Source: a phage. From it: a DNA stretch of 64,000 nt. The translations under genes were made by a program, and so were the position numbers. The stretch lies in sequence record PX915678.1; one strand, given 5' to 3'. Below the pieces are notes generated by a model, which was not told the DNA's origin, did not search any database, and worked only from the letters and a program-made list of their open reading frames with translations. Positions 23,765 through 38,419 of this stretch are shown here, in pieces. How positions within the stretch are numbered: the stretch's first letter is position 1; every line of letters starts with the position of its first letter.

Positions 23765-23863
23765 TTTTATTTCCTTTTTAATTTAATTAACAGTTGGTGC
23801 TATGACGATGTATGACCTCATAGCTGGTCAGTGAGATAATTATAATCTATTTATAATAAGCAA
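23765..23863 (-). promoter_or_regulatory. gene 32 leader: late promoter (TATAAATA at 23848..23855) plus A/U-rich translational operator
   Basis: TATAAATA on minus strand; AU-rich unstructured leader before SD AAAGGAAAUAAAA-AUG, as in the gp32 autoregulatory operator. Confidence 0.5.
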
Positions 23864-24517
23864 TTAATACTTGCAAGATTTCACAGTTTCAATAAAAACA
23901 CTTTTAGCTTTCTGTGAATCAATATTTAAAATTTTTCTATAAGCCTTTAACTTTATAGAATAATTATTCCAGACTAAATTATCAGTCTGTTCATCATGTT
24001 TATCGATTATATTTAAAAACGAATCAAGCAAGATAAACGTCTCAAACGAAATTATATTCGATTGAAGTAGTTTAAAAATATAACTTGATTGGACTTTTGG
24101 ATTATACTCAAAGATTTCTTTAAAAGCAGAAACTTCAACTTTTTTACTAAAATAATAAATGTTGCGAATATCTTCTTCAAACTTAAATTTAATTTGCTTT
24201 AAGCGTCCGATATATTCACGATAAAACACAAGTGCATCAGCGTCAGAGATGTCACCAATCCAAGCATCTTGGTTAGCAACCAGATTGCTTATAAAGATTA
24301 AAGCAAGTTCCTTTAATTTATATTTTTCTGATAACTTCTGGAAAAAATACTTATCCCTTCGCTTTTGATAAGCGGCATCAGACACCCGCATGCACCAATT
24401 ATACTTAATTACATCATACTTTCCATTCATATGCTGTTTTATCATTAAGTATAATTTATAAACTGATTTACCATCAATATATCTTTCACCACCAGCAGGC
24501 ATGCGGAGTTTAATCAT
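23864..24517 (-). CDS. 59: helicase loader gp59
   Basis: 217 aa; MIKLRMPAGGERYIDGKSVYKLYLMIKQHMNGKYDVIKYNWCMRV... Confidence 0.9.
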   Translation of the reverse strand: MIKLRMPAGGERYIDGKSVYKLYLMIKQHMNGKYDVIKYNWCMRVSDAAYQKRRDKYFFQKLSEKYKLKELALIFISNLVANQDAWIGDISDADALVFYREYIGRLKQIKFKFEEDIRNIYYFSKKVEVSAFKEIFEYNPKVQSSYIFKLLQSNIISFETFILLDSFLNIIDKHDEQTDNLVWNNYSIKLKAYRKILNIDSQKAKSVFIETVKSCKY

Positions 24518-24852
24518 AGTAGAAAATCTAATGTATTAGTTTTTTCACAACGAACAACAGAAGGACGTAAAAGATTTTCGTCAATAGCTTCTGACTGAAT
24601 TTTTTCAATTATACCCGAAGGAATAAATTTAGCAAATTGAGTTTCAGGAATAGAATTTTCTTCTAAGAATGCTGTTGTAGCTTCAAGATAACTCATTCCA
24701 AACTCTTCTACCATTTTTTCAATAATAAATCCATTTTCTTGACGGTCAAGAAGCTTTGCAATTTCATCCTTTTCTTTCTTAATTGAAAGTTCTTTTTCTG
24801 AAAGACCGGTCTCATCGACCGGACGAATATCATTTAGAGAAAACTGTGTCAT
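24514..24852 (-). CDS. 33: late transcription co-activator gp33
   Basis: 112 aa from MTQFSLNDIRPVDETGL...; position between 59 and dsbA. Confidence 0.8.
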   Translation of the reverse strand: MTQFSLNDIRPVDETGLSEKELSIKKEKDEIAKLLDRQENGFIIEKMVEEFGMSYLEATTAFLEENSIPETQFAKFIPSGIIEKIQSEAIDENLLRPSVVRCEKTNTLDFLL

Positions 24853-25099
24853 AAAGTTCAACTACCTCTTCAGTTTCAGCTTCAAACACATCACGGTTAT
24901 CTTTATGATACAAAGCTAACAGACGATTAAACATCTTTCCATCAACACCAAGTTCATCTTTGGCACGAATTCGAATATCTTTAATCAATTCATTATAACC
25001 AGAAATTTTCAGTTTATGATCAGATGCTTCTTTAATAAATTTAGCCAAATCTTCGCCATGGATAGCTTCATCAAATTCAACCATTTCTTTTTTAGCCAT
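24830..25099 (-). CDS. dsbA: dsDNA-binding protein DsbA (late transcription enhancer)
   Basis: 89 aa; position between 33 and rnh. Confidence 0.75.
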   Translation of the reverse strand: MAKKEMVEFDEAIHGEDLAKFIKEASDHKLKISGYNELIKDIRIRAKDELGVDGKMFNRLLALYHKDNRDVFEAETEEVVELYDTVFSK

Positions 25100-25107
25100 T
25101 ATTCACC

Positions 25108-26025
25108 TCAAAATTCATTAATGCTATTAGTTAATTTAGAAAGACCCGCTTTTACAAAATATGAATAAATTTTGCCACGCGGTGGTAATTTATATGAATT
25201 ATAATAATTCACAATGTTTGAAGCAATATTATCAGGAATATAATCAAAATCAATTAGAACTAAATTTTCTTTATATCGATTATATTCAGATTCTGTGAGA
25301 AGCACCTTAGCTTGCTCACGGTCATTAGCAATAGCTTCAACAATAGAGGTTTTCATTGAAGGAGTTCGTTCACCTTCAACTCTAGTAAACCAAAAGTCAG
25401 ATCGTACTTTAACTGAAGCAACGTTATCCTTTTTGTCGCCTTTAAGGATTTTAGTCATACAGTCAACTTCAGCAGAACCGCTTTTAATTTTAACCCATTT
25501 CTTGTGCATCGGTGACCATTGCTTAACATTTGGGTATTTATGAAGTTGAGTAAAGTCACCATCCGACGAAATGATTAAAATCTTATGTCCTTCTAAAGAG
25601 AACTTTTTAACAAGAACAGCAATATGGTCATCTGCTTCATACTTATCAATATCCATAACGATGTATGGCATATAAGCTTTCAATTCATCTATAACTTTAT
25701 GACTGGATTCAAAATAACCTTCCCAGTCCCAAGTAGATTCTTCTCGTGCTTTTCCACGGTTTTTCTTATAATAATAAGCAAAATCACGACGCCAGTATCC
25801 AGATTTCGCGTTATCAATACACAGTACAATTTTAGTGTATCCAAGAGTTTTTGCTTTTTTGACATTAAACTTAATTGAGTTCAATATCAAATGACGAACC
25901 ATTGATAAATTAATTTTTTCTTTATCTGGAAAGTTTACCAAAGCAGTTGAAAGCGCAATCTGACTAAAGTCAATTAAGCAGATTCCTTCTTTGTAATCTT
26001 CATCCAGCATCATTTCTAAATCCAT
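25108..26025 (-). CDS. rnh: RNase H / 5'-3' exonuclease (FEN-like)
   Basis: 305 aa from MDLEMMLDEDYKEG...; acidic clusters typical of FEN/53EXO. Confidence 0.9.
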   Translation of the reverse strand: MDLEMMLDEDYKEGICLIDFSQIALSTALVNFPDKEKINLSMVRHLILNSIKFNVKKAKTLGYTKIVLCIDNAKSGYWRRDFAYYYKKNRGKAREESTWDWEGYFESSHKVIDELKAYMPYIVMDIDKYEADDHIAVLVKKFSLEGHKILIISSDGDFTQLHKYPNVKQWSPMHKKWVKIKSGSAEVDCMTKILKGDKKDNVASVKVRSDFWFTRVEGERTPSMKTSIVEAIANDREQAKVLLTESEYNRYKENLVLIDFDYIPDNIASNIVNYYNSYKLPPRGKIYSYFVKAGLSKLTNSINEF

Positions 26026-26054
26026 ATGAACCTCGTTCAATTAGTGAGATTTCT

Positions 26055-26084
26055 ATTATATACTATCCAAATCTTAAAGTAAAC
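26055..26084 (-). promoter_or_regulatory. T4-type early promoter for rnh
   Basis: Minus strand GTTTAC-spacer-TATATAAT; back-to-back with gene 34 late promoter. Confidence 0.45.
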
Positions 26085-26087
26085 AAG

Positions 26088-26095
26088 TATAAATA
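26088..26095 (+). promoter_or_regulatory. late promoter (TATAAATA) for tail-fibre operon 34-35
   Basis: TATAAATA 35 nt upstream of gene 34 ATG; SD AGGAG. Confidence 0.65.
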
Positions 26096-26129
26096 CTTAT
26101 TATTGAAAACACAATAGGAGCCCGGGAGA

Positions 26130-29100
26130 ATGGCCGAGATTAAAAGAAAGTTCAGAGCAGAAGATGGTCTGGACGCAGGTGGCGATAAAATAATCAACGT
26201 AGCTTTAGCTGATCGTGCCGTAGGAACTGACGGTGTTAACGTTGATTACCTAATTCAAGAAAACACAGTTCAACAATACGATCCAACTCGTGGATATTTA
26301 AAAGATTTTGTAATCATTTATGATAACCGCTTTTGGGCTGCTATAAATGATATTCCAAAACCGGCAGGAGCTTTTAATAGCGTGCGCTGGAGAGCATTAC
26401 GTACTGATGCAAACTGGACAACTGTTTCATCAGGACCTTATCAATTAAAGTCAGGTGAATCAATTTCAGTTAATACTGCAGCAGGAAATGATATCACATT
26501 TACTTTGCCAACTTCTCCAATTGATGGAGATACTATCGTTCTTCAAGATATTGGTGGAAAACCTGGAGTTAACCAAGTTTTAATTGTAGCTCCAGTGCAA
26601 AGTATTGTAAACTTTAGAGGCGAACAAGTACGATCAGTACTAATGACCCATCCAAAATCACAGATAGTTTTAATTTTTAGTAATCGTCTGTGGCAAATGT
26701 ATGTGGCTGATTATAGTAGAGAAGCGGTAGTTGTGACGCCAGCAAGTCTCTACCAGGCGCAGTCAAACGATTTTATCGTACGCAGATTTACTTCTGCTGC
26801 ACCGATAAATATTAAACTTCCGAGATTTGCTAATCATGGCGATATTATTAATTTCGTTGATTTAGATAAATTAAATCCTCTTTATCATACAATTGTTACT
26901 ACATATGATGAAACTACATCAGTACAAGAAGATGGAACTCATTCCATTGAAGGCCGTACATCTATTGATGGTTTCTTGATGTATGATGATAATGAGAAAT
27001 TATGGAGATTATTTGACGGGGATAGTAAAGCACGTTTACGCGTTATAACAACTAATTCTAATATTCGTCCAAACGAAGAAGTTATGGTATTTGGTGCGAA
27101 TAATGGAACAACTCAAACAATTGAACTTCAGCTTCCGACCGATATTTCCATTGGCGATACTGTTAAAATTTCCATGAATTACATGAGAAAAGGCCAAACA
27201 GTTAAAATCAAAGCTGCCGGTGAAGATAAAATTGCTTCTTCAGTTCAATTGCTGCAATTCCCAAAACGTTCAGAATATCCACCTGAAGCTGAATGGGTGA
27301 CTGTTCAAGAATTAGTTTTTAACGGTGAAACTAATTATGTTCCAGTTTTACAACTTGCTTATATCGAAGATTCTGACGGAAAATACTGGGTTGTACAGCA
27401 AAACGTTCCAACTGTAGAAAGAGTTGATTCTTTAAATGATTCTACTAGAGCAAGATTAGGCGTGATTGCTTTAGCTACACAAGCTCAAGCTAACGTCGAT
27501 TTAGAAAATTCTCCACAAAAAGAATTAGCAATTACTCCAGAAACATTAGCTAACCGTACTGCTACAGAAACTCGTAGAGGTATCGCAAGAATAGCAACCA
27601 CTGCTCAAGTGAACCAGGACACTACATTCTCTTTTGCTGACGATATTATCGTCACTCCTAAAAAGCTGAATGAAAGAACTGCTACAGAAACTCGTAGAGG
27701 TGTTGCTGAAATTGCTACACAGCAAGAAACTAACGCAGGTACTGATGATACTACAATCATCACTCCTAAAAAGCTTCAAGCTCGACAAGGTTCTGAATCA
27801 TTATCTGGTATTGTAACCTTTGTATCTACTGCAGGAGCTACTCCAGCTTCTAGTCGTGAATTAAATGGTACAAATGTTTATAATAAAAACACTAATAATT
27901 TAGTTGTTTCGCCTAAAGCGCTGGATCAGTATAAAGCTACTCCAACACAACAAGGTGCAGTAATTTTAGCAGTTGAAAGTGAAGTAATTGCTGGACAAAG
28001 CCAAGAAGGATGGGCAAATGCGGTTGTAACACCAGAAACGTTACATAAAAAGACATCAACTGATGGAAGAATTGGTTTAATTGAAATTGCTACGCAAAGC
28101 GAAGTTAATACAGGAACTGATTATACTCGCGCAGTCACTCCTAAAACTTTAAATGACCGTAAAGCAACTGAAAGTTTAAGTGGTATAGCTGAAATTGCTA
28201 CGCAAGTTGAATTCGACGCAGGCGTCGACGATACTCGTATCTCTACACCATTAAAAATTAAAACCAGATTTAATAGTACTGATCGTACTTCTGTTGTTGC
28301 TCTATCTGGATTAGTTGAATCAGGAACTCTCTGGGACCATTATACCCTTAATATTCTTGAAGCAAATGAGACACAGCGTGGTACACTTCGTGTGGCTACA
28401 CAAGTTGAAGCTGCTGCAGGAACATTAGATAATGTTCTAATAACTCCTAAAAAGCTTTTAGGTACTAAATCTACTGAAGCGCAAGAAGGCGTTATTAAAG
28501 TTGCAACTCAATCTGAAACTGTAGCTGGAACGTCAGCAAATACTGCTGTATCTCCAAAAAATTTAAAATGGATTGTGCAGAGCGAACCTACTTGGGCAGC
28601 AACTACTTTGGTAAGAGGTTTTGTTAAAACTTCATCTGGTTCAATTACATTCGTTGGTAATGATACAGTTGGTTCAACGCAGTCATTAGACTTGTACGAG
28701 AAAAATAGCTATGCAGTATCGCCATATGAATTAAACCGTGTATTAGCAAATTATTTGCCTTTAAAGGCAAAAGCTGCTGACACGAATTTATTGGATGGTC
28801 TAGATTCATCCCAGTTCATTCGTAGGGATATTGCGCAGACGGTTAATGGTTCACTAACCTTAACTCAACAAACGAATCTGAGTGCCCCTCTTGTATCATC
28901 TAGTACTGCTACGTTTGGTGGATCAGTTTCGGCAAATAGTACACTAACTATTTCTAATACTGATGGAACAGCAACTCGTCTGATTTTTGAGAAAGGACCT
29001 CAAACTGGAACGAACCCGGCTCAAACGATGACAGTCAGCGTGTGGGGGAATCAATTTAGTGGGGAATCAAACACAACACGTTCTACCGTATTTGAAGTTA

Positions 29101-30002
29101 GTGATGAAACATCTTATCACTTTTATTCTCAACGCGATAAAGATGGTAATATAGCATTTAGCATTAATGGTACTGTAATGCCAATAAATGTGAATGCTTT
29201 AGGAACATTGAATGCAAATGGTGTAGCAACATTTGGTAATTCAGTCACTGCAAGTGGTGAAATTATTTCTCGAAGCGCAAATGCTTTCCGTGCTATTAAC
29301 GGAAATTATGGTTTTATTGTTCGCAATGACGGGTCAGTAACGAATTTTATGCTTACTGCATCGGGCGATCAGACTGGTGGATTTAATGGATTACGTCCAT
29401 TAACTATTAATAATGCATCTGGTCAAGTAACGATTGGTGAAAGCTTAATCATTGCCAAAGGTGCTACTATAAATTCAGGCGGTTTAACTGTTAACTCGAG
29501 AATTCGTTCTCAAGGTGTTAAAACATCTGACTTATATACCCGTGCGCCAACATCTGATACTGTAGGATTCTGGTCAATCGATATTAATGATTCAGCCACT
29601 TATAACCAGTTCCCGGGTTATTTTGAAATGGTTGAAAAAACTAATGAAGTGACTGGGCTTCCATACTTAGAACGTGGCGAAGAGGTTAAATCTCCTGGTA
29701 CATTGACTCAGTTTGGTAACACACTCGATTCACTTTACCAAGATTGGATTACTTATCCAACGACTCCAGAAGCACGTACCACTCGCTGGACGCGTACATG
29801 GCAGAAAACCAAAAACTCTTGGTCAAGTTTTGTTCAGGTATTTGATGGAGGTAACCCTCCTCAGCCATCTGATATCGGTGCTTTACCATCTGATAATGCT
29901 ATAATGGGGAATCTTACTATTCGTGATTTCTTACGAATTGGTAATGTTCGCATTATTCCTGACCCAGTGAATAAAACGGTTAAATTTGAATGGGTTGAAT
30001 AA
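26130..30002 (+). CDS. 34: long tail fibre proximal subunit gp34
   Basis: 1290 aa; MAEIKRKFRAEDGLDAGGDKIINVALADRAVGTDGVNVDYLIQ...; first of four consecutive tail-fibre genes. Confidence 0.95.
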   Translation: MAEIKRKFRAEDGLDAGGDKIINVALADRAVGTDGVNVDYLIQENTVQQYDPTRGYLKDFVIIYDNRFWAAINDIPKPAGAFNSVRWRALRTDANWTTVSSGPYQLKSGESISVNTAAGNDITFTLPTSPIDGDTIVLQDIGGKPGVNQVLIVAPVQSIVNFRGEQVRSVLMTHPKSQIVLIFSNRLWQMYVADYSREAVVVTPASLYQAQSNDFIVRRFTSAAPINIKLPRFANHGDIINFVDLDKLNPLYHTIVTTYDETTSVQEDGTHSIEGRTSIDGFLMYDDNEKLWRLFDGDSKARLRVITTNSNIRPNEEVMVFGANNGTTQTIELQLPTDISIGDTVKISMNYMRKGQTVKIKAAGEDKIASSVQLLQFPKRSEYPPEAEWVTVQELVFNGETNYVPVLQLAYIEDSDGKYWVVQQNVPTVERVDSLNDSTRARLGVIALATQAQANVDLENSPQKELAITPETLANRTATETRRGIARIATTAQVNQDTTFSFADDIIVTPKKLNERTATETRRGVAEIATQQETNAGTDDTTIITPKKLQARQGSESLSGIVTFVSTAGATPASSRELNGTNVYNKNTNNLVVSPKALDQYKATPTQQGAVILAVESEVIAGQSQEGWANAVVTPETLHKKTSTDGRIGLIEIATQSEVNTGTDYTRAVTPKTLNDRKATESLSGIAEIATQVEFDAGVDDTRISTPLKIKTRFNSTDRTSVVALSGLVESGTLWDHYTLNILEANETQRGTLRVATQVEAAAGTLDNVLITPKKLLGTKSTEAQEGVIKVATQSETVAGTSANTAVSPKNLKWIVQSEPTWAATTLVRGFVKTSSGSITFVGNDTVGSTQSLDLYEKNSYAVSPYELNRVLANYLPLKAKAADTNLLDGLDSSQFIRRDIAQTVNGSLTLTQQTNLSAPLVSSSTATFGGSVSANSTLTISNTDGTATRLIFEKGPQTGTNPAQTMTVSVWGNQFSGESNTTRSTVFEVSDETSYHFYSQRDKDGNIAFSINGTVMPINVNALGTLNANGVATFGNSVTASGEIISRSANAFRAINGNYGFIVRNDGSVTNFMLTASGDQTGGFNGLRPLTINNASGQVTIGESLIIAKGATINSGGLTVNSRIRSQGVKTSDLYTRAPTSDTVGFWSIDINDSATYNQFPGYFEMVEKTNEVTGLPYLERGEEVKSPGTLTQFGNTLDSLYQDWITYPTTPEARTTRWTRTWQKTKNSWSSFVQVFDGGNPPQPSDIGALPSDNAIMGNLTIRDFLRIGNVRIIPDPVNKTVKFEWVE
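27500..28560 (+). repeat. intragenic tandem repeats within gene 34 (~40-aa units)
   Basis: Recurrent TP(K/E)xLxxR(T/K)ATE...IATQ.E..AGTD units; exact 24-nt repeat actgctacagaaactcgtagaggt at ~27561 and ~27681. Confidence 0.7.
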
Positions 30003-30010
30003 GAGGTATT

Positions 30011-31126
30011 ATGGAAAAATTTATGGCAGAGTTTGGACAAGGATATGTCCAAACGCCATTTTTATCGGAAAGCAATTCAGTAAGATATAAAATAAGTATA
30101 GCGGGTTCTTGCCCGCTTTCTACAGCAGGTCCATATGTTAAATTTCAGGATAATCTTGTTGGAAGCCAAACATTTAGCGCGGGTCTTCATTTAAGAGTTT
30201 TTGACCCTTCCACCGGAGCATTAGTTGACAGTAAGTCATATGCTTTTTCGACTTCAAATGATACTGCATCAGCTGCTTTTGTTAGTTTCATGAATTCTTT
30301 TTCAAACAACAGACTTGTTGCTATATTAACTAGCGGAAAGGTTAATTTTCCTCCTGAAGTAGTATCTTGGCTAAGAACCGCAGGAACGTCTGCTTTTCCA
30401 TCTGATTCTATATTGTCAAGATTTGACGTATCATATGCTGCTTTTTATACTTCTTCTAAAAGAGCTATTGCATTAGAGCATGTTAAACTGAGCAACAGAA
30501 AAAGCACAGATGACTATCAAACTATCTTAGATGTTGTATTTGATAGTTTAGAAGATGTTGGAGCTACAGGATTTCCTAAAAGAACATATGAAAGCGTGGA
30601 GCAATTTATGTCAGCAGTCGGTGGAACTAATAACGAAATTGCACGTTTACCAACTTCATCTGCGATAAGTAAACTCTCTGACTATAATTTAATTCCTGGC
30701 GATGTTCTTTATCTTAAAGCGCAGTTATATGCTGATGCAGATTTACTTGCGCTTGGAACTACAAATATATCTATCCGTTTTTATGATGAATCGAATGGAT
30801 ATATTTCTTCAACACACGCTGAGTTTACTGGACAAGCTGAGTCATGGGAATTAAAGGAAGATTATGTAGTTATTCCAGAAAATGCAGTAGGATTTACGAT
30901 ATATGCACAAAGAACTGCACAAGCAGGTCAAGGCGGCATGAGAAATTTAAGCTTTTCTGAAGTATCAAGAAATGGTGGAATTTCAAAACCTGCTGAATTT
31001 GGCGTCAATGGTATTCGAGTTAATTATGTCTGTGAATCTGCTTCACCTCCGGATATAATGGTACTTCCTACGCAAGCATCGTCTAAAACTGGTAAAGTGT
31101 TTGGACAAGAATTTAGAGAAGTTTAA
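30011..31126 (+). CDS. 35: long tail fibre hinge connector gp35
   Basis: 371 aa, follows gene 34 (T4 gp35 ~372 aa). Confidence 0.9.
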   Translation: MEKFMAEFGQGYVQTPFLSESNSVRYKISIAGSCPLSTAGPYVKFQDNLVGSQTFSAGLHLRVFDPSTGALVDSKSYAFSTSNDTASAAFVSFMNSFSNNRLVAILTSGKVNFPPEVVSWLRTAGTSAFPSDSILSRFDVSYAAFYTSSKRAIALEHVKLSNRKSTDDYQTILDVVFDSLEDVGATGFPKRTYESVEQFMSAVGGTNNEIARLPTSSAISKLSDYNLIPGDVLYLKAQLYADADLLALGTTNISIRFYDESNGYISSTHAEFTGQAESWELKEDYVVIPENAVGFTIYAQRTAQAGQGGMRNLSFSEVSRNGGISKPAEFGVNGIRVNYVCESASPPDIMVLPTQASSKTGKVFGQEFREV

Positions 31127-31130
31127 ATTG

Positions 31131-31160
31131 AGGGAGCCTTCGGGTTCCCTTTTTCTTTAT
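31131..31160 (+). terminator. intrinsic terminator after gene 35
   Basis: GC stem gggagcc...gggttccc followed by tttttctttat. Confidence 0.55.
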
Positions 31161-31165
31161 AAATA
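31158..31165 (+). promoter_or_regulatory. late promoter (TATAAATA) for genes 36-37-38
   Basis: TATAAATA 23 nt upstream of gene 36 ATG. Confidence 0.65.
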
Positions 31166-31188
31166 CTATTAAAATAAAGGGGCATACA

Positions 31189-31845
31189 ATGGCTGATTTA
31201 AAAGTAGGTTCAACAACTGGAGGCTCTGTCATTTGGCATCAAGGAAATTTTCCATTGAATCCGGCCGGTGACGATGTACTCTATAAATCATTTAAAATAT
31301 ATTCAGAATATAATAAACCACAAGCTGTTGATAACGATTTCGTTTCTAAAGCTAATGGTGGCACGTATTTAAATAAAGTAATTTTTAATAAAGGAATGAC
31401 TGTTCCTGGTGCAGGGTCAGGTGGCAATGGTATTTTTGCTGGTCCTGGTGATAATGCCACGTATGATACTACAAATATGGATATTGTTTCGTGGTATGGT
31501 ATCGGTTTTAAATCATCACAAGGAACAGCAGGTAGAACTGTAGTAATTAACACACGAAATGGAGATATTAGCTCAAAGGGCGTAATTGAAGCATCGCAAA
31601 TACGCGCAACTTCATTATCTCCAGTAAATAATTATGACCTCACGCGGAAAGATTATGTCGATGGAGCAATAAATATTGTTACAGCAAACGCAAACTCTAG
31701 GGTATTACGCTCTGGAGATACTATGACAGGTAACTTAACCGCGCCAAACCTTTTTTCGCAGAATCCTGCATCTCAACCATCACATGTTCCACGATTTGAT
31801 CAAATTGTTATTAAGGATTCTGTTCAAGATTTCGGCTATTATTAA
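31189..31845 (+). CDS. 36: long tail fibre distal connector gp36
   Basis: 218 aa, position between 35 and 37. Confidence 0.9.
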   Translation: MADLKVGSTTGGSVIWHQGNFPLNPAGDDVLYKSFKIYSEYNKPQAVDNDFVSKANGGTYLNKVIFNKGMTVPGAGSGGNGIFAGPGDNATYDTTNMDIVSWYGIGFKSSQGTAGRTVVINTRNGDISSKGVIEASQIRATSLSPVNNYDLTRKDYVDGAINIVTANANSRVLRSGDTMTGNLTAPNLFSQNPASQPSHVPRFDQIVIKDSVQDFGYY

Positions 31846-31853
31846 GAGGACTT

Positions 31854-35976
<4,123 letters not shown>

Positions 35977-36006
35977 TTTGAATAAATATCCTTAAAAGGA
36001 GGGTCT

Positions 36007-36663
36007 ATGGCAGCACCTAGAATATCATTTTCGCCCTCTGATATTCTGTTTGGTGTTCTAGATCGCTTGTTCAAAGATAACGCTACCGGGAAAGTTCTTG
36101 CTTCCCGGGTAGCTGTCGTAATTCTTTTGTTTATAATGGCGATTGTTTGGTATAGGGGAGATAGTTTCTTTGAGTACTATAAGCAATCAAAGTATGAAAC
36201 ATACAGTGAAATTATTGAAAAGGAAAGAAATGCACGCTTTGAATCTGTCGCCCTGGAACAACTCCAGATAGTTCATATATCATCTGAGGCAGACTTTAGT
36301 GCGGTGTATTCTTTCCGCCCTAAAAACTTAAACTATTTTGTTGATATTATAGCATATGAAGGAAAATTACCTTCAACGATAAGTGAAAAATCACTTGGAG
36401 GATATCCTGTTGATAAAACTATGGATGAATATGCAGTTCATTTAAATGGACGTCATTATTATTCCAACTCAAAATTTGCTTTTTTACCGACTAAAAAGCC
36501 TACTCCCGAAATAAATTACATGTACAGTTGTCCATATTTCAATTTGGATAATATCTATGCTGGAACAATAACCATGTACTGGTATAGAAATGATCATATA
36601 AGTAATGACCGCCTTGAATCAATATGTGCTCAGGCGGCCAGAATATTAGGAAGGGCTAAATAA
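36007..36663 (+). CDS. t: holin T
   Basis: 218 aa; single N-terminal TM (VAVVILLFIMAIVWY) and large periplasmic domain; SD AAGGAGGG. Confidence 0.9.
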   Translation: MAAPRISFSPSDILFGVLDRLFKDNATGKVLASRVAVVILLFIMAIVWYRGDSFFEYYKQSKYETYSEIIEKERNARFESVALEQLQIVHISSEADFSAVYSFRPKNLNYFVDIIAYEGKLPSTISEKSLGGYPVDKTMDEYAVHLNGRHYYSNSKFAFLPTKKPTPEINYMYSCPYFNLDNIYAGTITMYWYRNDHISNDRLESICAQAARILGRAK

Positions 36664-36936
36664 TTATTTGTTTGTATACATCTCTAGATATCGATATACA
36701 CCCTCAAAACCCTCGTTGAATTCGTCGATGAGGGTTTTCTTATCTTCTTGAGTTAATTCAGAAACAATTTTACGGAATGAATTCTGATTCAACTTTCTAC
36801 CTTCATGCGTTACTCCAATCTCATTCAGAAATGCAATAAAATTAGCACGATTCTCAACAATATCTTCTCGGGAAAATTTAATCAAAATAGACGCAACAGT
36901 AATAATTTCACGAACTGTATCAATATTTTTATTCAT
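36664..36936 (-). CDS. asiA: anti-sigma70 factor AsiA
   Basis: 90 aa; MNKNIDTVREIITVASILIKFSREDIVENRANFIAFLNEIGVTHEG... Confidence 0.9.
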   Translation of the reverse strand: MNKNIDTVREIITVASILIKFSREDIVENRANFIAFLNEIGVTHEGRKLNQNSFRKIVSELTQEDKKTLIDEFNEGFEGVYRYLEMYTNK

Positions 36937-36948
36937 TAACTATACCAC

Positions 36949-37101
36949 TCAATTAGTTGACTTTGTTATAATATCATCAGACGCTTGATTTGTAAACTGG
37001 TCTGTGTTATTTTCTTCAAAAATTTTTTCTACGAATTCCTTGAACGACTTACGTTCCTGAGCTACATTATGCTCGATTACTTTTTCAAGATTATGACTCA
37101 T
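36949..37101 (-). CDS. small ORF (50 aa) coupled to arn
   Basis: ATG overlaps arn stop (ATGA); ORF spans the asiA early promoter; below track length cutoff. Confidence 0.3.
   Translation of the reverse strand: MSHNLEKVIEHNVAQERKSFKEFVEKIFEENNTDQFTNQASDDIITKSTN
36968..36997 (-). promoter_or_regulatory. T4-type early promoter for asiA
   Basis: Minus strand GTTTAC-18 nt-TATTAT. Confidence 0.5.
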
Positions 37102-37376
37102 TCGAAATAATCTTCAATTTCATAATCAAGAACATAAATCATTATAGTTTTTAATACATCATCAATACTTTTTCCAGGAGCTGGAATTACGTAAAAATAT
37201 CCTGCTTTTGAGAGGTCTTTATAAGTTCCAACCAAGAAATCATTATTCTCAAGATGCAGTTCTTCAACTAATTCATTAACAATTGAGTGGTATAAATTTG
37301 GTAGTAACTTGTATAGCTTTTCTAGAATATCAATTTTGATTGTGTATTGAACCACAGACTGAGAATCAATAATCAT
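37098..37376 (-). CDS. arn: anti-restriction nuclease protein Arn (McrBC inhibitor)
   Basis: 92 aa acidic protein; position after asiA as in T4; SD AAGGGGAAGG. Confidence 0.75.
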   Translation of the reverse strand: MIIDSQSVVQYTIKIDILEKLYKLLPNLYHSIVNELVEELHLENNDFLVGTYKDLSKAGYFYVIPAPGKSIDDVLKTIMIYVLDYEIEDYFE

Positions 37377-37459
37377 AGACCTTCCCCTTATGTTTCTGTT
37401 TGCGATTAGATTCTTTAAACGCTTTCTTCTTATCTTTATGGACAGAAGCTTTATTAAAA

Positions 37460-37678
37460 TTATGTTTTGCGACTAAATTGTTCATAGTGCTGAATTACCT
37501 CTCTCAAACATTTGCATGTGAATGAAAACTTTTTAGCTACACCACATTCAAATATATGTTCTCTTAAATCACGTGTGTCAGTATATCCCATCTCAACAAT
37601 AAAATGTCGTATTAGATTTTTATCTTTATCATTGAGAGAATTGAAATAATCGGATTTTGAATTAATTTCCCTGGCCAA
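37460..37678 (-). CDS. hypothetical protein (72 aa)
   Basis: ORF in array. Confidence 0.5.
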   Translation of the reverse strand: MAREINSKSDYFNSLNDKDKNLIRHFIVEMGYTDTRDLREHIFECGVAKKFSFTCKCLREVIQHYEQFSRKT

Positions 37679-37958
37679 ATTGAATCACCTTCAGTTGACG
37701 TTTTAATTCTTTTATCATTTCTTCGTTCATCGCAATATAAAGATCGCGTAAAGCAGGTTTTAGCATTCCATTTACTGGAGAACTAAATGGGCACACATAA
37801 TCTTTTCCTACGAGCTTTTTGGCGAATTCCATATTACAGAATTGAAATGCCGGTTCATTAGCATAAATTCCCCATTTGGTTGACATCATTTTATTGGCAT
37901 ATTCCAACGCCTGGATTTGATTCATAATTCCATCAATTTGAAACTTTTTAATATTCAT
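37662..37958 (-). CDS. hypothetical protein (98 aa)
   Basis: ORF in array. Confidence 0.5.
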   Translation of the reverse strand: MNIKKFQIDGIMNQIQALEYANKMMSTKWGIYANEPAFQFCNMEFAKKLVGKDYVCPFSSPVNGMLKPALRDLYIAMNEEMIKELKRQLKVIQFGQGN

Positions 37959-38419
37959 TAGTAAAGGTCCTCAGAGTAAAGTTCTTTTTCACTACCACCA
38001 CGTTCAATACGTACTTGTCCGGCGTAAGTTGCAATAATCATTGCTTCTTCACGTGTCCAATAATTACTATATTGGTCAATAAATCCTTGGTCATCATCAC
38101 AAACTTGTTGAGTAACTAATTGAGGTTTAACTACATCTAAAACTTCTGCCATATCTTTAGAATAATGACGAGCACCTGGAATAACAAGAGTTCGTCCATC
38201 TTTTAATTTAAAACGGTTGGCTGCGCAAACAATTCGTCGTTGATACTTTTGGTTTTCGTCCCAATACGCAGTTTGCCAACAGATTTCAGGAACTTCATCT
38301 AAAACATTTTGTTCTGTGTATTCACCACCGTAAGAAGCTAATTTAGCAGCCAGACTTTCCGGAGTCTCACGCAATAAAGCTTTATCTAACAGAGCTAAAC
38401 GTTCTTTAAAAGTTTTCAT
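37958..38419 (-). CDS. hypothetical protein (153 aa)
   Basis: ORF in array. Confidence 0.5.
   Translation of the reverse strand: MKTFKERLALLDKALLRETPESLAAKLASYGGEYTEQNVLDEVPEICWQTAYWDENQKYQRRIVCAANRFKLKDGRTLVIPGARHYSKDMAEVLDVVKPQLVTQQVCDDDQGFIDQYSNYWTREEAMIIATYAGQVRIERGGSEKELYSEDLY

Noticed and set aside
27546-27788. Minus-strand ORF inside gene 34, plus similar ones inside gene 37 (32469..32657, 32715..32924, 33026..33220, 33848..34105, 34125..34508)
   Set aside because: Antisense to well-supported tail-fibre genes within repeat-rich sequence; no initiation signals.
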